A stretch of 56,640 nt of DNA, filler included, from Sphacelaria rigidula (Eukaryota): assembly GCA_964200075.2 (NCBI GenBank). It is 5 parts of 5 records of this genome, joined end to end, with 100 filler letters (N's around TTAATTAATTAA, not from the genome) between each part and the next. Parts side by side here need not be neighbours in the genome. Positions count along the whole stretch, not along the records: positions 45,394 to 56,640 come from CAXNAA020005174.1; 4 more parts are not named here. One strand, written 5' to 3'. This document shows positions 48,901 to 56,640 of the stretch, one piece after another. Below the pieces are notes generated by a model. The model was not told where the DNA came from. It did not search any database and saw only the letters and a program-made list of their open reading frames with translations. Position numbers and translations under genes: made by a program. Numbering within the stretch: the first letter of the stretch is position 1; the number at the start of each line of letters is the position of its first letter.

Positions 48901-51900
48901 GGTTTGTCGGTGGAATCTTCAGTGCTATTTCCGGCAGGTGTGTCGGGCGGCTGTGTTTGACATTCGTGTCTCTGCGTCTGCTCAAGTGTCAGTGTCAAAG
49001 TGCCAATCGTCTAATGGAAATGTTTCGGCATCCCTCCTGGTGTGATAGTACCGGATGACAGACGAGGTGGGCCAGCCCACAAACCGGTTGAATCTCTCAG
49101 CAATATCTCATCGACACTGTCGAGTTGGGCCGTGATCTGCAAATCATATTAATCGTCCAAACAAAGAGAAGGTGCCCATCTACTAAAAAAAGTCTGGGCC
49201 CACCCTTGTTGATTGGACCGTATGTCTGGTGATTCCTACACCGCACGGAGATAGCGTCCTTCCTACTGTAGGGACTACATCGAACCCCGAACGACACATT
49301 GAGCTCATGGCGCTGATTTTTGGTGTGGACAATCCCCGGAGCACGAGAGACGATAGACACCCTCACTTTTTCCCAGTTCGTCATCTATCTTGAGATATGG
49401 CGCACATGAAGTTCTATTCTAAAAATATATATGACGAGCAGGGACACTAGAAGCCTTCCATCTTGATATCGTGTCTCAGTTTTTAAGAGTTTTGCTGCGA
49501 AATATCGTGCGAATAGTGTAACTGTCGGACTACTACAGCCAATGAATACAATACAGCACTGTACTGTACTGTTGTCCGTGCTGCCCGTACAGTCGAGCAC
49601 TAAGCGGAAAAGCCCAACCGTCAGCTCTACAGTCACTTGGCACAGCAAGGTGGTGTGCTTATTCTTCGTCTCGCGTCACGCAATCCACCATGTATTGCTC
49701 GGTCAATATATTACAGTCGCACAATCACAATCCAGTCGCCCCGGTTGCTCAGTTGGTAACCTCGAGACCTTCTCATGGTTGGGTCGTGGGTTCATATCTC
49801 GGAGCGATCTGGGATTTTTTCTCACACCATGCCCAACAGTGGAGAACGACTGTGTCGTGGGTCCACAAAATTCGACTCAATAATCAACGACGGGAAGGGA
49901 CTGCTGAACCGCCCACATATACCGGAAGGTGTAGACCGGGTCGAAATAGATGAAACGACAACACCCACACACATAGTACAGACAGACAGAGCGGAGCGTA
50001 CACCACGATAAGACAGAAGAGTGTCGTGCCTCTCTCGCGCGCCCATAAGTTTGAATTATACCTACACCTTGTAGAAAACGATGGGCACTGCTTTTCTCAT
50101 GTTGAAAGCGTCAATCACCTAAAAAGGGCTACTCGGGAAAATTGTGTTGAGAAATGTGCCGTTGAAAAACGGATCTTTTTAAAACCTTGGCCGAAGACAC
50201 GTTAAAAGTTCTCACTACAACGAAAGGTGCACTGGCGTGCAAGCTAACCAGCAGCAACGAAGAGCATCTGCATACTGCACAAGCTCAAATACTTGGACCG
50301 CAAGCACCATCGCATCTACCAATGAACCAACGGTGACTTTTTGGTCACACCTGAACGCCAACATTTCGACGTGAAAACCACTATCCATTCATTTTTAATG
50401 TTTTTTCAAACGCATGAAGTAGCGTTGACTCGATTTTTCAGCTCGATTTTCAGAAGTTTGATTTGAAGCTCTGCATGGAGAACCACAAAGGTATGCCTGG
50501 ACTCGAATATTTTCCCGACTGTGAGGAAGAAAATGGTTTTCAGCCACAGTAAAATGCCTTGAGGAAATAATGGGTTTTCAATCACAGTAGAATGCCGTTG
50601 AAACATGAAGAAAAAAACTTTGCCCTACGCGAACTTTTTGTCATCATGTCTTATTCATGGTCTACAACATATTCTAGGCTCTAACTCTAGATGGTGACCA
50701 GCGGATTGGCTTGCAGACTACAAATCTGCCTCTAGGGCTGGCCCAGCTTATTCGTGGATCAGCGTGACATTTCTTGTGCTGGTCGGAACTTTCCACGGCA
50801 CTGAGCTTGGGGCCGACCCGCTGCCCGCCACAGCGCCTGGCGCCTGACTTGAATTGCCTTTTCATCTCGTGTGAGTTTTTTGCAACACCAACACCAACAC
50901 CAACACCATACCCCTATTCGCCGCGCTTTCCTTCCGCAGCGGTATCGATATCTGCACCTTCTCGGTCCTGACGCTGCTGTTCCGCGTATCGGAAAAGATC
51001 GCGACCCCGACGTCTGTGGTGCTGATGGCCATCAACACCCTTGTGGGCTTCATGTACCGCCAATTGGCCATGGGAGGAGTGGAGCCGGATGCGGTCAGAT
51101 TCTTCACGGTGTGCGTGCCTATCGTTGTGATCGGTGAGACCAGTTCTCGAATGATCGCCCAAAATATACGCCTTGCGTCTCTTTCTGTCTACTGGAATCG
51201 TTCCTTACAACTGTCGTTATTTCAACGCATGTGGACCGTGAAACTGATGGCTTTGTAGTGTCAACATGTTCCGAGGCTTCTTCGCTAGTATCTTGATCGT
51301 TCATCCTCAACCCTGGATGTGGGCGTTTGTGGTTGGTTGCAGAAGGCTGTATCTCGCCGTTTCGTCGCGAACCCCCTTTGGCGTACTGTACCTTCTAGCA
51401 CGTTCGTCCTAAAGCTGTTCCGTTCATGTGGTTTTGATTGCAGGCGCTCCTCTTGGCTCTCTGCTCGGATCGCACTTGCACCGCTTGGTGTTGGCATCGT
51501 TCGTCTACGTGACTGACGGTGTTCAGTTTATCGGCGCCCTGGCAGTGGTGCAGCCGTGGAGTACTCTCAAGACCCCCACCCCCCTGTGAGTATGAACTTA
51601 GCGCTGTTGAGGTGTTGAGGTCGTGGTAACACGCGTCTCGTGGTGGATCTCGAGTCTTGTTTTGTACACGGAATTTCTGCCTGTATTTTTTTTTGCGGTA
51701 TATTGAGGAGCGGTGGTAGTGCCCCTTCCAACGGGACATGTGGGCAAGCAACAGGCGGATAGAGTCTCCATCGCGCAGACGGTAGTAATGTGTATCTTCT
51801 GCGAGATCTCTCATCTAATGTGTATCTCATCTGTCGATATTTCTCTCGTTCCGCCATTGCTGCTGTTTGACCAGGCACTTGAGTCTGACGTCATTGGCGA

Positions 51901-52064
51901 TAATCATTGGTGGCGGGGTCGTTTTTTCCCTCATGGCGAGGGCCGGCAAGATCCTTCTCGACGACCTCGAGGAGAAGGAGCGTGGTGAGAACAAACAGCT
52001 CGGCAGATTCACAGCGGAAGAGGAGGGCAAGGTCAATTACTCCTCTATGGAAACCAAGGTGTAA
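45954..52064 (+). CDS. Sulfite exporter TauE/SafE (TSUP) family membrane protein, ~453 aa
   Basis: Exons 45954-46102 (tentative first exon), 46398-46593, 48140-48346, 48654-48937, 50940-51133, 51444-51585 and 51875-52064, all phase-consistent GT-AG. Motifs WYMCVTMVFGSMIAGATSEGGAAVAFPVMT, ARDFSFMIQSAGM, GGIFSAISGSGIDIC, EKIATPTSVVLMAIN and VVIGAPLGS. Confidence 0.92.
49046..49408 (-). repeat. Dispersed repeat family D, copy 2
   Basis: Homologous to 8568-8918. Confidence 0.8.
49738..49990 (+). mobile_element. Second tRNA-derived SINE-like element (tRNA-Met-like head)
   Basis: GCCCCGGTTGCTCAGTTGGTAA (A-box), CTCAT anticodon-like loop and GGTCGTGGGTTCATATC (degenerate B-box), with no intact acceptor stem. 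The 3' end is approximate. Confidence 0.55.
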
Positions 52065-52231
52065 CGTGGCATCCACAGTACTTGAAGTCTTGGTATACCA
52101 AGTATAAACGTGACTGATACATCCAAAACGTGCTCCACACGTGACAAGAGGAACAACAAAAATGCATCCCTACATTCCACTTGTGAGGGTACTGGAGAAA
52201 GTGCGGGTACTCCACGCCTCAGTACAGAGCA

Positions 52232-52735
52232 GGCGTAGACTGGAGGCGGTTATGGTGTCGGGATGACGTGTGCCGGGCACGCATATTGGTGTTACGAAAA
52301 TGCTGGCATGTGTAATATGTGCAGGTGGTGGTGCCGTAACACAGAAACGGACGTTTTGTCATGTGTAAGATATGCAAGTGATACTGCAATAACTCGTGGT
52401 GTTCTAGTGTTGACATTTGTCATTAGAGAAGGTGTGGGCTGGAGGAAATGCATTTGTAATTTATGAGGGTGGTGATGCAGTAACCCAGAAACGGAGGTTT
52501 TGTCATGTGTAAGATATGTACGTGATGCTGCAATAACTCGTGGTGTTCTAGTGTTGGCATGTGTCATTGGAGAACAGGCGTGGGCTGGAGGCAAATGTGG
52601 TGTCGGGATGACGAGCGTCGGGCACCCATATTGGTGTACCGAAAGTGTTGGCATGTGTGTAATATATGTAGGTGGTCGTACAGTAACGCAGTAACAGGTT
52701 TTGGCATGTTGAAAGGTATGTAAGTGCTGCTGCAA
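52232..52735. repeat. Degenerate tandem repeat with ~130-200-bp units
   Basis: Recurring blocks GGTGTCGGGATGACG..GGGCAC.CATATTGGTGT and GTTTTGTCATGTGTAAGATATG..GTGAT.CTGCAATAACTCGTGGTGTTCTAGTGTTG. Confidence 0.85.
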
Positions 52736-55700
52736 ACTCGTTTGGACTGTTTTGACCCCTTCTCACATCCCGTCGCTGGCGAACGAACGAACGTTTGTAG
52801 ATGACACGTCAGGCACCCAGTGTGTTGAAGATGGCGATTGATGAGGGTGAGGGCATGAGTATATTTCGACCGCGATCACAGCCTAGTTGCTGTCGGCTCT
52901 GGTGGCTTTTTTTTCCGCCAGTGAATCCGCGCGTTGCAGTTTTTGATGCACTTCCCCATGCCAAGCTGAAGAATCAGGGGAACGGTAGTGGGGATTTGCA
53001 CGGCCAGGTAGTTGCCGATAGCGATTTGTGCCTGAGGACAGGAAAAAAACATGAGTGGCGTGAACTGCCTACATTTCTGCGGCCTAGTCACAGTTGTTGG
53101 ATCGCAGGAGGATCCGCGGACGCGTATATGGTGAGCGTGCTGCCGCTCATTTGATTTGTTTTACAAGAAGTTATAACTTTGCCCCCACATCCAGCCGGCG
53201 TAATGCCAGCGCTAAATTTGACACTCCTTGGTGGCACGTGGGTGGTCGTCATTGTGGGTCATGGTTCGCGTGAGGGTGTACGGCGATACACGCACAAGAC
53301 ATGGATTGTGCTCAGTCGGTAGTTGCTGGTAAGAGAAATTGAAGTTCGAGGGTTGGTACGTGTGGTTTGGTTCGAGTGTGGTCGTGTGTTGAGCTGGCCA
53401 CCCGTGGAGGTCATTCCCAAGATTGTATATACACTCAACCATCTCCTTCGTGTGAGTGGTGCGTCCTCACTCTCTTGATGTCTTGAGTGCGTATGTATGT
53501 ACAGACGTGCACTACACGGACCAGGTTCTGGGTTCGTGGGTGATGTATGCGCGATATGCGCGGTTAGCGGTCTGAACGCCTCCGCTACATGCAGCAAACG
53601 TTGCGTCATCTGCGGTCTGTCCAGCGGTGTTGAGCGTTGTTCCTGCTAAGCACCTCGCACCCATTATGCTGTGATCCATGTACGATATCTACGGGGTAGT
53701 TCCAAAGGTGTGACTGTCATACAATTGGACTTTTGCCCGTTCGACTGGGAAGCGTCCGTGGATCGGGAAGTTGGCACGTTGTTTAGTCGGAACGATAGTG
53801 TAGCATGTCACGCAGATTGGCAGCAACGCTGTTTGAGGCACAATCGTGTTGTGTGACCCGTGTATTAATTGACGATCAATTGAAGTGCCTGCGTTCAGCT
53901 TCGTGGAGAGGAGGTTGATGACTAGCAAAGAGTAACTCCCGTGGGTGGGTATCCGCCCTTGCACTCCTTTCACGCCTTCCTTGGTAAATGAGATTGTCTC
54001 GAGGCAACTTGGCGTTGGACTTGGTGCCATGGCTGTTTTTTTTTGTCCAATTTACGAAATAATTAATAGGCTTCCACCAACCTGGCCCGTGTTTTTTTGG
54101 AGTTGGGGTCTTCACTGATAAGATTGCATCGTGTATCTCGCGGACGAATATTCGTTGATTTTGACACTGTTTATACTTACGGGAGGGGAAAATACTTATG
54201 GGAGGGATGATACTTATGGGGGGGAATTGAAGTCAAGGATTTAGGACAGCGAGTTGGGGTGATTTGGGCGGAGCTAGGTGTATCAACCGTCACATTTGCA
54301 CCCGTTTCAGTTGATTGTGGCGATGTTATGGCGAAACGTATGATGTTCGATGTTTGATGTTCGGCCGTACCACCGTTGCATCAGACGGTCACGCCTGGCA
54401 AAATGGATGCGCTGGGAACTCGAAAATTGTGTTGAGTGTTGAATTCAGTATATGTGAGCGAGCGGTGTTCGAGACAGCATGAAATGAGCAGAACTTGCTG
54501 GACCAGCCTAGAAGCAGATCTGTCTGGTGCAGGCAGTTCTTCAGCTCAGTGTTGAGTTGTGCTTTTGACTCTTGGGATGGAGCGCTAGGGCATGATTAAC
54601 AAACACGATTCGGGACCGTGAGGGTTTATTTCCATTCGTTGAGGACAAAACACGAGAAACAGTGTTTTCGTGAAATAAAGAGTAGAGGATACGATTGAGG
54701 GTGAAAAGCGGCCAATTAGTGAAATAATCGTTTCAGTTCCAAAATGCCCTTTCACGAGGCCCAAGAGGCTTTCTGTAGTAGCTTGCCACTGCGAGGCTGT
54801 TGATATTCCTGAGTAGGATATCGACGTGTAGCTTTGGGCTCACGCAAGTGATGAAGGCAAAGAAAAGCACACAGACTGAAAGATTGATATGTTGAAGCGA
54901 GTGATCAAAGCCGCTCCCAATGAGCGCTCTACTCTCAATTTAATGAAACGTTGTTGAGATCTGATGTTGACGAGAACGGTGCCAGGGCAGTTTCTTGCGT
55001 CACGTTGTTCTGGGAAATTTCCAGTTTGGAAATAGTCGACACTTTTTTTGGCCGCAAATACAGAATATCGTCACGTTTCTGAAACTTTTGTATCGCAAAC
55101 ATTTGCATTACCCCGCCGAGAAGAGTCTGGCTCTCTTTTCCGATACGTTTGGTCCCGAGGTTTCGAGAGAGGCCTCTGGGCAAAGTTCACGTGGAAAAAT
55201 TACGATCGCGATGCACAAGTATTGAAGAATTACCATGATTTGCACAGCGTGAGATCGAATCAGGCAGGAGGTGCGCTATCAACGCCTTGAAAGCACATGG
55301 CTGGCGGCAACTTCTTTTATTGACGGGTAACGGTTCAAAACCAGGTACAACTTCAACTTATTATGTAACTCGTTCGAGAACGGTCTTCTTCAATGTACCA
55401 CCCATATCTAACACTTGCGCAGCGAACCAAAATAAACACCGACGTGAGTTGGCGAGAAATTAGATCCAGCGTCATTCCCGATTTCAGTGTCTCGTTCCAA
55501 AACGAGACGTGGTGGCTTCAACGCGGGTAGAGCACAAATAGTAGGATCAGGGACGATACGGTTGAAGTGTGTATAACAGTGTGGAAATGTCCAAAAACTG
55601 TTTCTTGTTGTAGGTCCCTCAAAATATCGTGAAAATCCTTCAATTTTTGTGACGCGCTCGTAGTTGGTACCACGAACGTACCTGAGAAAAGTTGGGGTAC

Positions 55701-56640
55701 TTCGTTTTGTTTTGCGGAAGATATCGCGATTCTTAATTTCCAGAATCTCATCCTACAGATATCGGTCATCCTACACTTCTATTTCACTCTGTTGTATCTG
55801 AAGCAATGTCTAAAATGAAGTCTGGCTCAATTCCACCTGGTTGTTGTTGTCTCCACCCTGGAAGTCGTTCCGATATCTTCTCAGCACTCCGTACTGGACG
55901 TCCAAGAATGCGGGCGCCTTTCGTAGGCGAATTGACAATAAGGAAAATAAGGAAATCACACGAAAACTACTTTGTACTAGGCGGTATCTGCTGCAGACGC
56001 CATCCGTGACCACGGTAGGCGAAGTGCGCAGAGGAAGATATTGGGAAGTCAAATGTAAACAACTCCGTACTGGGTATCTTATGCGGACCCCTCCTGTGGT
56101 CGTGGTAGGCGAACTGCCCATTAGAACAAACGGCATAAGGGAATCAAATGAAAACAAAACAGGACCCAGAAACAGACTCGAAACGAGATTAAAAATAAAT
56201 ACTACCCTCGAACGTTCCGGTGCCGCGGGCGACCATTCGGACTACTGAAGGCAGGACCCAATGTTTCCACTCGACACGCGAAAGTAATCCTAAACGGAGC
56301 GGAACTCGGGGACCAGAGATCACCCACATACAACAGCAAAAATAATCACATGGTTCTACTGTATCTTTGTACCTCGAGAAGTACGGCCGTATGTACGTAC
56401 AACATACTTACTTCCAAGTATACTAGGCGTGACAAGAAAAACACTACATACCAACGCAACACCTCGAGGCAGGGGTACATCTAAAGACAATACTAAGTGA
56501 GAAAAAGAGACATGGGGGGGGGGGACGGGGGCTACCACTCCACCATATTCAGTTCGGTAATTATCAAGGCTCCTCTCGGGAATATTCCCGCGGGAAAAAT
56601 ACCGCGGTATTTCCACGGGAATGGGAAATGGGATCGTTCC

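Overview
Eukaryotic, intron-rich, repeat-rich DNA of about 50% GC. It is most likely a brown alga (Phaeophyceae, Ectocarpus-like), which is an inference from gene structure and repeat types. The window is not one locus. It is five segments of descending, near-identical length (1-11249, 11350-22598, 22699-33946, 34047-45293, 45394-56640) joined by 100-bp N44-TTAATTAATTAA-N44 spacers, most likely consecutive contigs of a length-sorted assembly. Spliced genes were reconstructed by hand from GT-AG boundaries and codon phase. They are: a partial RoxA/YcfD-like JmjC oxygenase (seg1); a head-to-head pair of a coiled-coil gene and a complete conserved uncharacterised membrane-type gene (seg2); a partial kinesin-3-tail/C2-like gene with a probable GC-AG intron (seg3); a partial coiled-coil gene with an SH3-like motif (seg4); and a TauE/SafE-family membrane protein (seg5). 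Introns and intergenic DNA hold many non-autonomous transposons with TA, TAA, TTAA and 8-bp target duplications, tRNA-derived SINEs, and LINE, RLE-retrotransposon and LTR remnants. The most interesting signal is a LINE and a non-coding SINE-like family that share a ~75-nt 3' end and finish in oligo-C rather than poly-A. One copy has a perfect 14-bp target-site duplication beginning with CCC, which suggests a C-tailed, C-tract-primed retroposition system.
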